A stretch of DNA of 63,153 bases, the filler included, from Chiloscyllium plagiosum (Eukaryota): NCBI RefSeq assembly GCF_004010195.1. It is 3 parts of one record of this genome, joined end to end, with 100 filler letters (N's around TTAATTAATTAA, not from the genome) between each part and the next. Parts side by side here need not be neighbours in the genome. Positions count along the whole stretch, not along the records: positions 27,324 to 56,806 come from NC_057711.1; 2 more parts are not named here. The stretch is one strand, 5' to 3'. Both the position numbers and the translations under genes were made by a program. The number at the start of each line of letters is the position of its first letter. Positions within the stretch are counted from its first letter, which is position 1. Below are positions 38,505 to 52,154 of this stretch, one piece after another. The notes under the pieces are model-generated. The model searched no databases and was not told the DNA's origin. It saw nothing but the letters and a program-made list of their open reading frames with translations.

Positions 38505-38945
38505 TTCCCTTTTTTTATAGATATTTTTATTAAACTTTTCTTTCTTTACAAAACCATTAAAACAAAGCAGGGCCGAGGTTAAGATGGATCCTATCTCTCT
38601 CCTCCTCGGCCTACCCAATATACCCTCTTTGGATGCTTTTTAATATCCTCACTTTCTGCGCCAGGAAGTATATTTTAATGTGTGGGTTTCTGAAACCCTG
38701 CAGGGTCTGCTAGGTTGGTTTAGGCTCATCATGAAATAAATCCCTCTGGACATTTTCATGAATATGGTGCACCCGAAAACAGAAATTTTTTATAGGATAT
38801 GGTAGCCCTTTCTGGACCACTTGGATGCAGGTTTACCTGCCATTTTAACTAGGGCTTTCGTGTAGCTATTGCATTCTGATTTAGTGTACTTGATGTCCTC
38901 GAAGGAAGAATTCCAAAAATTTTATGTGGAATACTTAGTGCTCTC
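38505..38945. mobile_element. L1/Tx1-clade ORF2 C-terminal remnant with an oppositely oriented poly(A) tail
   Basis: Plus strand, with frameshifts, gives FCARKYIL...FYRIW*PFLDHL, resembling fish L1 ORF2 ends. Minus-strand AATAAA and A-tail at 38509-38535. Confidence 0.45.
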
Positions 38946-38949
38946 AGAG

Positions 38950-39468
38950 GTCATAGAGTCATAGAGATGTACAGCACGGAAACAGACTCTTTGGTCCAAC
39001 CCGCCCACGCCGACAAGATATCCCAACCCAATCTAGTCCCACCTGCCAGCACCTGGCCCATATCCCTCCAAACCCTTCCTATTCATATACCCATCCAAAT
39101 GCGTCTTAAATGTTGCAATTGTACCAGCCTCCACCACATCCTCTGGCAGCTCATTCCATACACGTACCGCTCTCTGCGTGAACAGTTGCCCCTTAAGTCT
39201 CTTTTATATCTTTCCCCTCTCACCCTAAACCTATGCCCTCTAGTTCTGGACTCCCCAACCCCAGGGAAAAGACTTTGCCTATTTATCCTATCGATGCCCC
39301 TCATAATTTTGTAAACCTCTATAAGGTCACCCCTCAGCCTCCGACGCTCCAGGGAAAACAGCCCCAGCCTGTTCAGCCTCTCCCTGTAGCTCAGATCCTC
39401 CAACCCAGGCAACATCCTTGTAAATCTTTTCTGAACCCTTTCAAGTTTCACAACATCTTTCCGATAGG
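38950..39468 (-). mobile_element. Young HER1-type CR1 3' end
   Basis: ORF 39083..39451 KLERVQKRFTRMLPGLE...RGDLIEVYK; (CTCTATGA) tail. Confidence 0.95.
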
Positions 39469-40471
39469 TCGAGAACTAATGTTTTGTTGTGGTCTTCCCT
39501 TTATTTTCTGCCTGATTGGCATATGCTAATAAGCCTTATCAGAAACTTAATCTCTGTTCCATGATGAGAGCATCTCTTCCCATTGTCCTCAAAAGTAATT
39601 TCTAATGGTGAGGCCATTGCCAGACAGTGGAGTTCGGATATCACCTCCAACAACGTCCTTGACAGAACAAAACCTTACACATTGATTACTTCTGGATTTT
39701 AAGTCTGGAGTTGCAGAAACTACATCAGGTACTTTAATTAGAGAAATACAAACATTTTCAGTGTCATTAGAATTTAACTGATTTTGTCAGGAGTTGCTTA
39801 GACATGAACATTTACAATCATTACTATTCCCCTTGTTAACATGAAGAACGATACCTCAACTTCCAATTCCATCTTGTGTGACAGGAATGGGTCTATTTTG
39901 AGTTTATCCTTCATAAGATCATACCTACAGTGCTTAAGTTTGTTTTGTGTGAGCATGACAATATAAAGAAGCAGTTCTTGACAATGGTGGTAATTTGTAG
40001 ATTTAGGAGCCATATGTTTAGAATGTTGCTCTTTGGGAATAAATCTAGAGCTGAGTAAGGATTGACTTCTGAACGAAGGCCCTGGTTATAAATTATTTAA
40101 GATGGTTGCAAAGAATGCCATTACAAAAGGTGGAAGTAGTATAACATGTGATTTGAAAATATGGATGGTGCGATTTTTTATTTTACTCTCACTACAAACA
40201 AGAAAATTAAGATTAAAAAAGAAATATTGAGAGTATTTACAAGAAATATGGTTTACATTGGTTTGAGGAACCTATTGTTTGCCAGCTCCTTCCCATGAGC
40301 TCTCCTTTCCATAGATACACCTTATCTTCCAGAGAAGATTCATTTAATTGCTCAAGCTACCCTCTCACCATCGTCATTTGCTGTTGGAGGTCCCAACACA
40401 ATTGCTTAAGCTCACCTTCTTAGCATCCTCCTTCACCATCACCACCATGAGACTGAAGGCCTCATGAAAGA

Positions 40472-40850
40472 TATAGAGTCATACGGTCATACAGCACAGA
40501 AACAGCTTTTAATCTAACTCGTCCAGGTTGACCAGGTTTCCGAAACTGAACTAGTTTCATTTCTAGCCTTTGGTCCACATCCCTCTAAATCTTTCCAATC
40601 CATGTAACTATCCAAGAGTCTTTCAAATGGTGTAATTGTACTCGCCTCTACCACTTTCTTTGATGAATATGTTGCCTCTTGGGTCCTTTTTAAATCTTTC
40701 ACCCCTCATCTTAAACCTATCCCCCCTTGTTTTGGACTCCTCTACCCTGGAGAAAAGACCTTGACTATTCACCTCATTTATGCCCCTTATTATTTTATAG
40801 ATCTCTATAAGGTCAGCCCTTAACCTCCAAAGCTCCAGGGAAGAAAGTCA
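40472..40850 (-). mobile_element. CR1 3' end
   Basis: Degraded match to 38950-39468. Confidence 0.8.
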
Positions 40851-40864
40851 AACCTAGATCTGAG

Positions 40865-41515
40865 AACGATAGAATCCCTATCGTATGGAAACAACCCTTC
40901 AGCCCAAGTTCACACCAACCCTCTGAAGAGTAATCCACCAAGACCATTTACCACAGACTAATGCACCCAATCTATACATCCCGAAACACTATGGGGCGGC
41001 ACGGTGGTACAGTGGTTAGCACTGCTGGCTCATAGCGCCAGAGACCCGGGTTCAATTCCCGCCTCAGGCGACTGACTGTGTGGAGTTTGCACATTCTCCC
41101 TGTGTCTGCGTGGGTTTCCTCCGGGTGCTCCAGTTTCCTCCCACAGTCCAAAGATGTGCAGGTTAGGTGAATTGGCCATGCTAAATTGCCCGTAGTGTTA
41201 GGTAAGCGGTAAATGTAGGGGTATGGGTGGGTTGCACTTCGGCAGGTCGGTGTGGACTTGTTGGGCCGAAGGACATGTTTCCACACTGTAATGTAATCTA
41301 ATCTAGGACACTATGGACAATTTAGCATGGCCAATTCACCCAGCCTGCACATTTTTGGATTGTAGGATGAAACCTGAGCATCCAGAGGAAACCCAAGCAG
41401 ACATGGGGAGAATGCACAAACTCCACACAGACAGATGCCCGAGGTATGAATCAAACCCAGGGCCCTGATGCTATGAGGCAGCAGTGCTAACCACTGAGTC
41501 ACCATGCCACCCCTG
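40865..41515 (-). mobile_element. Older HE1-type SINE hosting a nested SINE
   Basis: Tail at ~40865-40990; head at 41317-41515. Confidence 0.85.
40995..41305 (+). mobile_element. Young HE1-type SINE nested in the opposite orientation
   Basis: A and B boxes (TGGTACAGTGG; GGTTCAATTCC), (AATCT)n tail. TSD ACACTATGG at 40986-40994 and 41308-41316. Confidence 0.92.
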
Positions 41516-42390
41516 AGCCACCAGCCCCAGCCTATCCAGCCTCAATTTATACCTCAAAGTTTCTTTTTAGTGCAGAATATTACATTCTGACTATCTTTTG
41601 TGAAGAGTGGCTGGAAGCAAATCTAACTATTAAGGTATGTTTAAATTCAAATGTTCTCAGAATCTGAACATTTTGCTGAAGGGAAAAATGAAGCAGCCAT
41701 GTAGTCATGGGTTACATCTCTCCCAAAGAGGAAATGGCTGACGTCACTTTGTAATGAAAGTATAATCAGAAGCATTGTGGGAGGTTTGGTTCTTCAGTTA
41801 GGATTCTTAACTGAAATTCTTCAGAAAGATTGCATATTGGATGCCTATGAGACATGACTAGACTTTAATAAATTTTGAAAGATGGACAGTCATTGCATTG
41901 AGGAGTATATCATGAGCTTGATAAAAGATCGAGAAATTCAACCTGACATTTATTGTTCAACATTCACATTCAAATTGCTGAATTTTGTTAAAGTGTAAAA
42001 TATGGACAAGTCCTGATTTTAATTGGGCTTCACTTATCAGAAAGAAAGAGCCTCCCTTTTGGAGCACATGTAAAAAATAATTGCGCAGGACATGAAATGC
42101 TTTAGCTCAATCATGTGTTTATTAGACATAAATTCATTTAACTGTGTAGCATCCGATAGTGGTTACATCTTGACACTGTATGAAATAGATTAGCTGGTTT
42201 AATTATCTGGATTCACTCAGTCAGTCAAGGCATATGAAAGTTTTAGATTGTGGAAGAAGATTTATGGGTTTTGACAAAAATGGCTTCCACACACAATTTT
42301 TGTACTGTTGATTATGTACTTATCTGTTACTGTCTAATTAAACCTGCAGTATATGGAAACAGTCAGTCGTGTAGACCTTGAGAAATGTAG

Positions 42391-42589
42391 TCATGATTTG
42401 GAGATGCCGGTGTTGGACTGGTGTGTACAAAGTTAAAAATCACACAACACCTGGTTATAGTCCAACAGGTTTAATTGGAAGCACTAGCTTTTGGAGTGCT
42501 GCCAGGTGGTTGAAGGAGCGGCGCTCTGAAACCTAGTGCTTCCAATTAAATCTGTTGGACTATAACCTGGTGTTCGGTGATTTTTAACT
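42391..42589. mobile_element. Family B fold-back element
   Basis: Inverted arms AAAGTTAAAAATCAC...CACTAG / CTAGTG...GATTTTTAACTTT. TSD TTGAGAAA(T/C)GTAG at 42378-42390 and 42590-42602. Confidence 0.88.
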
Positions 42590-45500
42590 TTGAGAAACGT
42601 AGGCCTTGCAATTTTTGTAGTAGCTGTACAAACTTACTGTTTACCTTACGACGGCCCTTAGGTTATGGAATGAATGGTCAGTGGGCTTGTGATATACTAT
42701 ATAACTTGTAACATTCTATACTACTTTGGACTACATCAGATTTCTATGAAGTAAGATGTGTTCCCCATAGCTATGAATAAAGCATGTTAAGTACTCAAGG
42801 TCTTGACTACCGACGATTTTGTTATAAACGATCCAGCATAAGATTTATTCCCTCATATAGATCCAGAGATGACAACATATTGAGGTAACTTTAAAAAAAT
42901 GATGATTCCATATAAAATGGCTGGAGTAAGTCACTTTATTAGATTATATAGTCTCTAAAGGGAAATCTTGCTGTAAAGTAAGTCTTCCATTAAAAAAAAG
43001 GACAACTTAAACTGGAATGGGAGATAAATTATTTTTGGGAAGTCAGTGGATTCTGCAAATGACATAATCAGGACTTTATTGGATGTATAAGACTTTGAGG
43101 CATAGGCACAGAAGTAGGTCCTTTGATCCAACAATCCTGCTCATAGCATTCAAAAGTATTTAGATATTCTCTTGCAATGTCAAGTGCACATACTCGAACA
43201 GGAAAATGGGATAATAGTTATGTGCTTGTTTTGACTGGCACAGGCTTGATGGGCTGAAGGACCCTGTTCTGTGCTGTTGACCTCCATGACAGAATGACAT
43301 AAGATTAATGGAGAGAATCTACAATAGCTCTTCAAAATTATAATGTCTCACTTTGAAAAAGTGAGAGAAAGTACAGTTTTTGGGTACTTTGTATAGGTGA
43401 GGAAAATATTCTAAAACAGATGAGGTCTGTGCTGTCTTCAATAAGCTCATGGTTGATCTGCTAATACTTAACTCCACTTTTTTGCCTTTTCCCCATAACC
43501 CCTTGATTCCCTGATTAAAAATCTGTGTAACCCAGCCTTGAATATACTTAACAACCCAACCTCAACAATCCTGTTCATGAAAGAATTCTACAGATTCACT
43601 ACCCTCTGAGGGATATTCTCTTTAACTCTGCTGTAAATGGACAACCCTGATTCTAATCGTTTTGCCTCTGGACCAAAATTCTTCAACATGGAGAAAAAAT
43701 CGTTCTGCAACTACTATGTCAAACTCCCTTAAAAATATACATTTCAATATGGTTGTCTGTGATTCATCTAATCTGTAATGATGCCATTAACAAAACTTAA
43801 CAATTCCACTCAGAATGTAGGAATGGAGCCAGGAGATAAGAATCAGAGCGGAAAAATAGAAAATGGTCTGAAATTTAACAGACAATTTGTTCATGATTTC
43901 AGCAGCAACTGGAAATGCTGAGATGAAGGAATTTTCTGAGTTTTCATTCCTTCAATGTAACAAATTCAGTACCACAATTCTCCTCATAAGTGAAACCTTC
44001 CTTCTAACAATCAACGCATAACTTTTCTCCAATCCCTGTGCACCTATGCCTGGAATTCAATGCATTAAACGTTTGAAATCAACCGCTCCAACACAAATAG
44101 CCTCAAAAGTGCAACAGCAGCACCATCTATGTTAGAATGTTTTCCTCACCTTTACAAAGCATCTAAGAACTGTGCTATCTCACAATTTTTTTGAAGTGAG
44201 ACATTATCATTTTGAAGAGCTATTATAGATTTTCTCCATTAATCTTAAGTCATACTATCATGGAGGTCAATAACACAGAAATAGGTGCTTCAGCCCATCA
44301 AGTCTGTGCCAGTCAAAAAAAAGCAAATAACTATTCTTGTCCCATTTTCCCACTTGGGTATGTGCACTTGGCATCACAAAAGTATATTTAAATAATTTTA
44401 AATGTATTGATTGTGTGAACCTCTACCATCCTTATGTGCTTCCTTAGGGGAGGAGACCAAAACATCATGCGTGCTCTCACTAAAGCTCAATGTAACTGCA
44501 GCTGGACCTTCTTTCTCTTATATCCCAACCATCTTACAGTAAAAGGTCAGGCCTTTCCTCCAGCTAACAAGAACTGAAGGAAAGTATATGGGCTGAGCTC
44601 TAGGAAAAATACACAGGTGCAGAGATGGCTGCATGGAACAATTGTTCAGCTGAAAAATTCAGTTCATACCTCACTCTAAGGGAATAATCAATCAGACTGA
44701 ATTTAGACTGAAATTAACTTTTACACCTCAGGCTTCTTCAAGCCCAGACATTATTGCACCTATACAGATACTGGACATTCAATTTCAATCAGTATTCGTT
44801 CAGAGAGAAATTGGGCATTCCAAGATCAACTAAAACATATTTACACATACTCTCAACTTTCAGAAAGTCACTTGACCTCAAAGGGAACACCAGCAGCACC
44901 ATGGCAAGTACCAGACTGGCATGATAATAAGAGACCCGCAACTAGTATAATTGCAGGCCCCAACTTCACCTAAGCAGCTACCACCCGAACAGCTATCTCA
45001 CAGCTATCTCCAGAAGAGGAAGCAAAAACAGCTATCTCCCCAAGAGTTATCTGCACAGCTACCTCCACAAGAGGGATCCCGACAGTAATTCGGAAACCTA
45101 CCAACATAGGCCTGTTCCGCACCAAGCGAACTAACAGCAACTGACCATGACCAGCAGACCTAAGAACTGACAGCCTTTGAAAACCACTTACCCGATCGAC
45201 ACCACAGGGCCTTGGGCACATCCTGAGGTGAAAACCGGCTCGCAAAACCACCAGAAAGTAAGGCAAACCAAGTACTTAGTCAATAAATCCATTGCGCATC
45301 CTACTACATTAGCGGACTCAACCCAAACTGAAGGCCTACACCATCCAAAGTCTCCAACCTGGCATGGGTGTGGCAAGTGGGAACAGCCACCTAAACTTCA
45401 AAATCACATTTTCCCTAATAGAGAGCTTTAAACTCACAAGACTCCAAAGTTCCCAACCTAGCTGGCAAGGAAGGGAAGGTGTGTGGTGAGAATGCAGGAA

Positions 45501-45689
45501 CCCCAAGGGTTGGAAGTCTGATTAAAGTTTTCTATGATTAAAACTGCAGCTTGGTTCTAACAGTGCTTAACCTATATTTGATTTAATCATGTATTTAATT
45601 ACTGTCTTCTGTTTAGCTGCTTGTATCATTTTCACTGTTTATTACATTTGCCTTTATTTCTTGAATTGTACTTATCTTTTGGTATTTAT

Positions 45690-47470
45690 TCGAAGGTGAC
45701 ATGAAAAAGCCTTGGCATGAAGGATTAACACCAACACATTCTACACTGATGTGAGGAACAAGAGGATGGCCAGAGTGAGGGCCGATCAGGGATAGTGGGG
45801 GGAATTTGTACCTAGGATCGGAGAAGGTACCAGAAGTCCTTAATGAATACTTTGCTTTAGTCAGAGGAACCTTGCCGTTTGTGAGGACAATGAAAAACAG
45901 ACTGATATGCTCCAAAAGGTTGATGTTAAGAAGGAGGGTGTGCTGGATCATTTGAAAAACATGAGGACAGATATGTCCCTTGGGCTGAATGAGATACACA
46001 CAAGGTTGAGATTGCTGTGCATTTAGTGAGGATCTTTGTGTCCTCACTGTCCACTGGAGAAGTACCAGGTGATTGGAGGGTGGCAAATATTATTCCCTTG
46101 TTCAAGAAAGGGAATAGGGATAACCCTGGGAATTATAGACCAGTCAGCCTTATGTCTGTGGTGGGCAAATTATTGGAGAGAATTTTGAGAGACAGGATTT
46201 ATGATTATTTGAAAAGCATAGTTTGATTAGAGATAGTCAGTATGCCTTTACGAAGGACTGCTCATGCCTCACAAGCCTTATTGAATGATTTGAGGACGTG
46301 ACAAAATACATTGATGAAGGTAGAGCAGTGGATGTGATGTATATGGAATTTAGCAAGGTGTTTGATAAGGTTTCTATGGTTGGCTCATTCAGAAAGTAAA
46401 GAGGTATGGAATACAAGGAAATTTGCTGAATTGGCTGGCCCATAGAAGACAGAGGGTGGGATGAGATGGAAAATATTCTTCCTGGAGATTGGTGACCAGT
46501 GGTGTTCCATAGGGATCTGTTCTGGGAGCTCTGCTCTTTGTGATTTTTATAAATGACTTGAATGAGGAAGTGGAAGGATGGATTAGTAAATTTGCCAATG
46601 ACATGAAGGTTGATGGAGTTGTGGATAATGTGAAGGGCTGTTGTAGGTTGCAACAGGACATTAACATGATGTAGAGCTGGGGTGAGAAGTAGCAGACCGA
46701 GTTCAGCTGTGAAGTGTGAAGTGGTTATTTTGGAAGGTGGAATTTGAATGCAGAATACAGGGTTAAAGGCAGAGTTCTTGGCAGTGTGGAGGTATAGAGG
46801 GATCTTGGGGTCCATGTCCATAGATGCCTCAAAGTTGATAGGGTTGTTAAGAAGGCATATGGCGTGTTGGCTTTCTTCTGCAGGGACTGAGTTTAAGAGC
46901 CACAAGGTTATGCTGCAGCTTCTGAAAGCCCTGGTTAGACCAGACTTGGAATATTGTATTCAGTTCTGGCCGCCTCATTATAGGAAGGATGCGGAAGCTT
47001 TAGAGAGAGTGCAGAAGAGATTTACCATGATGCTGACTAGACTGGAGGGGTTGTCTTATGAAGAAAGGTTGAGGGAGATAGGACTTCCTCATTGCAGCTA
47101 AGAATTATGACTTGATAGATGTATATATGATGATGATAGGCATATGCGGAGTGGATAGCCAGAGACTTTTTCTCAGGGAAGAAATGGCTATTATGAGGGC
47201 ACATAATTTTAAGGTGATTGGAGGAAGGCTTGTGGGAGATGTCAGAGGTAGGTTCTTTTTACAGAGCATAGTGGGAGCGTGGAAAGCACAGCCAGCAGTG
47301 ATAGTAGAGTCAGATACATGAGAGACATTTAAGTGACTCTTAGATAGGCACATGGATGATAGCAAAATGTAGGGTATGTGGGTTAGTTTGATCTTAGAGT
47401 AGAATAAAAGCTTAGCACAACATCGTGGGCCGAAGGGGCTGTAGTGTGCTGTAATATTCTATGTTCTATG
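45690..47470 (+). mobile_element. Degraded CR1 LINE (RT and 3' end)
   Basis: ORFs 46017..46226 (NYRPVSL), 46748..47101, 47112..47321; (TTCTATG) tail. Confidence 0.92.
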
Positions 47471-47624
47471 TGTTCTGACCACAGAGATTCCTTTGTCCTG
47501 AAATGCATATCTCCTGCCTTATTCATTTCACATTCCTAAATAAGTCCTTTGTCAGAACCAGGGATCTGAGGGCTGATTCAAACCATTTGAAAATCAACAA
47601 ATTACTGTTCACAAACCAGAACCC

Positions 47625-48380
47625 TACACTATAGTGTGGTGACCAGAATTGCACTACTCCAGCTGGGGCCTCACCAAAGTTCTATGCAGCTCCAACGTGA
47701 TCTCCCGGTACTTATAATCTAAGCCATGATACCTAATGGGCTACCCTATTAACCTGTCCTGCTACTTTCAGGGTTGTGTGAATAAGCACCCCAGATCTCT
47801 CTATTTCTCTGAGCTTCCTCGTGTCTTGCCATTCATTGATTACCCACTTGGCTTGTTCCAATATGCATCACTTCACATTTATCAAGGTTTAATTCCATCT
47901 GACACTGATCTGCCCATCTGACCAACAGGTTCATATCCTCCTATACCCTAAAACCTACCTCCCCAGTGTTAACCACCCAGCCAACCTTTACGTTATTTGC
48001 TAACTTAATTATCACTAGTTATCATCAGTGGTATACCACTGGACACTGGGCCAATTTTGGATCTAACTTGCCAAGTTATCCTAGATCCAATGTGCTTTTA
48101 CTTTCTTCATCAATTTCCCTTGTGGAACATTGACCAAGGCCTTTTGGAATCCATATAAACTACATAACCACTTTTCGCTCATCCTTCTAGAAAAAATTCA
48201 CCATATTTGTTAGGTGTGAACTCCCGCCCTCTGACAAAACCATGCTGACTGTGATCAAACCTTTTCCCTCTAAATTGAAATTAGTTTTCTCCTTCACTAT
48301 TTTCTCCGATAGTTCTCTATCACTGATGTTAGACTCACTGGTCTATCTCTACCACCCTTCTTGTAAAGTGGAACAACATT
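47625..48380 (-). mobile_element. Old CR1 RT fragment
   Basis: Degraded reverse-complement match to CR1 RT segments. Confidence 0.65.
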
Positions 48381-48794
48381 AGAGGAACATTATGCGAACA
48401 GTGGAATAGGAGATTAAGAGAATGAATGCAATGAGTACCAGGATCAAACAAAAGGAGGGAATGGTCTTCCTAGGGAGAGAGAATTGTCAAATATAATCAA
48501 AAATTTGTGTCTTGCAGAGCTGCAGCCTTGCTGAACTGCTGAGCCATCTTTTTTTTTTCTGCATCCTCTAGACCACAATTGCCTTCTCTGTTCATATTTC
48601 TTCAGATCGTAGTCAGGCAGATTCACTTTCAACAGCTACGTTGTGGAAATTGCAGACATTGAGGCTCACTGTGGATCACACTGACTGACCTCTCCCACTT
48701 TATCCAGACAATGTGATCAGAATGTAAAAATGCATAGTTTGATCAGTCGGAGCCCGAATTAATGCTTACCCCGTGGGGTATTTGAGCTCAGTGT

Positions 48795-48890
48795 CTGTAG
48801 ATAGAGCAAAAGCATTGTGCTTCAGCTGATGGAGCAGATAAAGATGACGATCTCAGTGTAAGATCGTCATGATAACTGACAGATAACCTG
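48795..48890. promoter_or_regulatory. Candidate GATA/E-box regulatory cluster
   Basis: Four WGATAR sites (48799, 48836, 48870, 48881) and CAGCTG-N8-GATA at 48823-48841, in non-repetitive DNA. Confidence 0.4.
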
Positions 48891-50024
48891 ACACGGACAT
48901 GTAGATCTGAAACAAATTACATTCTGAGTGAATGGAAGACCTTCCTATTCAGAAGTAGAGAGGCAAATTAATGAAACTACATGTATGTATTATTTGATAT
49001 GCCTACTATATCAGTGGGACTGTGGCAATATGGGAAAGTCCCAGTGCTTTTCCTTCCTGTTTGTCAACCACCATTGTGAAGATCATGAATTGTTGCTGCC
49101 TTGTGAACAAGACACCAGTCATTGTTTGAATAGAAAACTGCCCATGTTACTGATGTCACTAGAAGTAGTTTGAAAGGAACCACAGACATCAACATTAAAA
49201 GCAACAATAAACACCATTGCCACAGTGACCTCCATTACCACAGCGACCTAGAAGAATAAGGGCAGCAAATAAGTGGGAACGCAACGAAATTCCTCTCCAA
49301 GCCACTCATCATTCTGAGTTGGAAATATATCATCATTTCTATAGTGCCACTGAATCAACATCCTGGAATTCCCTCCCTAATGTTGTTCTGAGTCTATCTA
49401 GAGCATATGGATTTCAGTAGTTCAAGAAGGCAGCTCACAATTTTCTCAATGGTTTACAGACGGCAATAAATACTGGGTAATCTCAGCCATCAACACTCAT
49501 TTCCTGGAAAAATATAACTAATAGGATATATGCTATGATTCTGCCCTGTGTGATCTTTTATACTGATCTTTTGGATTTGTCCTGTATTATTCTTTACATA
49601 AAGATAAATAACATAAACTAAAGCTCAAGCTATCTTTTCTGAGCAACAATCCCACTACTCAGTGTGCAACCCAAAATATATATGTCAAGAAAATTAGTTA
49701 CAAAATATCTTTTTAACTGACATTCTTGTCAGCTTCCTAATTTCAAACTCAGCCAACCAAAAGGTTCTCTTTGTTTGGATTGATTATTTTTGATTAATCA
49801 ATCTGAAATTGTCCAATTAAGCAATTACCTGAAAGCTAATGGAATGCCAACATTTTAGTGCATAGTCTGGTTTTCCCCACAGTGCTTGGGGATATATAGG
49901 TTGGTTGCATTAGTCAGGGGTAAATGTTGAGTGGTAGGGGAATGGGTCTGGGTGCGTTGCTCTTTAGAGGGTTGGTGTGGACTTGTTGGGCCAAATGTCC
50001 TGATTCCACACTGTAGGAATTCAA

Positions 50025-51200
50025 TGAAATATGATAGAATTCACCCCACATCCTAGGAGAGATGGTGGTGGAGTAGCAATGACAGGTATTTTGGGGGCAT
50101 TTCAGGACACACAGCAGAAATTCATCGCAAGGAAGAAGAAACATATTACAGGAAGGATAAGACAATCATGGCTGACAAGGGAAGTCAGGGACAGCATAAA
50201 ATCAAAAGCAATAGCATATAATGTGGTGAATATTAATGGGTAACTTTAAAAAAAACACAGCAGAGGATAACTAAAAAAAAACTAGTGTAGATGGATGAAA
50301 ATGAAATATGAGAGTAACCTAAGTAGTAATATAAAAGAAGATTGCAACAATTTTATTATAGGTATATAAAGGTAAGAGAGAGACAAGACTGGACATTGGA
50401 CCACTGGAAAATGAGGTCAAATAAGTAGTCATAGGGATGAAAGAAATGGTGGAGGAACTGAATTACATACATTGTATCAGTTTTCACAGTGGAAGACACC
50501 AGCAACATACCAGAACTTCAAGAGAGTCAGGGGGCAGAGGTGAGTGAAATGCCATCACCAAGGAGAAGGTGCTGGGGAAGCTAAAAGGTCTGAAGGTGGC
50601 TAAATCACCCCTGAACCAGAGGGACTACTCCCACCACTCTGAAGGAGATAGCTGTGGTGATTCTGACAATCACTGGAGTCAGGGAGGGTCCCAGAGGACT
50701 GGAGAATGGCTGATGTAACACCCCTGTTTTAGATGGCAGAAGACAAAAAGCTATAGGTTGGTTAGCCTGATATCAATCATTGGTAAGATTTTTGAGTTCA
50801 TTATTAAATTGAAATTGCAGAGTACTTGAAAGTATATGGTAAAATTGGGGGAGTCAGCATGGTGTTATCAAGAGGACATCATGCCCGACAAAGCTGTTAG
50901 AATTCTTTGAGGATGTAAAGAGCAAGTTCAACAAAGGAGAGCCAGTAGATGTGATCTATTTGGATTTCCAGAAGATTTGACAAGATGTGGCATATCAGGT
51001 TACTAAATAAAATAAGGTGTTAGGAGTAAGGTACTCTCATGAATAGATGATTGGCTGACTGTCAGGAGGCAGAGAGTAGGGATAAAGGAGTATTTTTAAA
51101 AATGGTACCCGGTGACTAGTGGAATTTTACATTGGTCATTGTAGGGATAACTATTCACGTTATACCTTAACGATCTGGACAAAGGAAATGAACACATCGT
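50025..51200 (+). mobile_element. Old CR1 LINE (tether and RT N-terminal region)
   Basis: QSWLTREVRDSIK, KSP, EDW..ADVTPLF and DVIYLDFQK-like segments, with many disruptions. Confidence 0.8.
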
Positions 51201-51674
51201 TTATGAGAATGGTTGTAGCAATGAAAAATTCAAGCTGAGAAGACGTCTCTTAATGTCATGTGTGAGTATAATAAAATAGATAAGGAGAAACTATTCCTGA
51301 TTGTAACAGGACCAAGAGCCAGAGGGCACAGATTTAAAGTAGTTTTTAAAAGGAACAAATGTGATGTGAGTAGTTAAAGTATGAAGTGCAAGCTATAGTT
51401 CAGTGGAGACACATTCAGTTGAGAAATTCAATAATATATAGGATGATTATTGGGATAGAAATGGTGCATATGAGCATGGGGAAGAAACAAGGAAAATGGC
51501 TGGAAATGCACATTTGAAGAACTGGCGCATTCTTCACTGTAATAATTCTGTCATTCTGTGATCAATAGAGTCATTATTGTATCTGAATATTCATTAAGCT
51601 GCTTTAGATATTTTATCTTTCTGGTATCAGATCAGGTAAAGGAGTTATTGACATTAATTGTACACGAAATAACA

Positions 51675-52150
51675 TGGCACCCACACATCCCCCCTTACTT
51701 CCCTCCAAGGCCCCAAGGGATCCGTCCATATCCGCCACAAATTCACCTGCACCTCCACACACATCATTTACTGCACCCGATGTGGCCTCCTCTATATTGG
51801 GGAGACAGGCCGCCTACTTGCGGAACGTTTCAGAGAACACCTCTGGGACACCCGCACCAACCAACCCAACCACCCCGTGGCTCAACACTTCAACTCCCCC
51901 TCCCACTCCACCAAGGNNNNNNNNNCCCTCACCTTAACCTCCTTCCACCTATCGCATTTCCAACGCCCCTCCCCCAAGTCCCTCCTCCCTACCTTTTATC
52001 TTAGCCTGCTTGGCACACTCTCCTCATTCCTGAAGAAGGGCTCATGCCCAAAACGTCGATTCTCCTGCTCCTTGGATGCTGCCTGACCTGCTGCGCTTTT
52101 CCAGCAACACATTTTCAGCTCTGATCTCCAGCATCTGCAGTCCTCACTTT
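51675..52150 (+). mobile_element. Penelope-like element 3' part (GIY-YIG endonuclease and family A terminus); 10-N gap at 51917-51926
   Basis: From 51742: FTCTSTHIIYCTRCGLLYIGETGRLLAERFREHLWDTRTNQPNHPVAQHFN. Terminus CTGAAGAAGGGCTCATGCCCAAAACGTCGA at ~52030. Confidence 0.92.
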
Positions 52151-52154
52151 TTTC

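Noticed and set aside
40995..41065. tRNA-like A and B boxes, also at 36980, 57450 and 3900
   Set aside because: These are SINE heads continuing into SINE bodies and tails, not tRNA genes.
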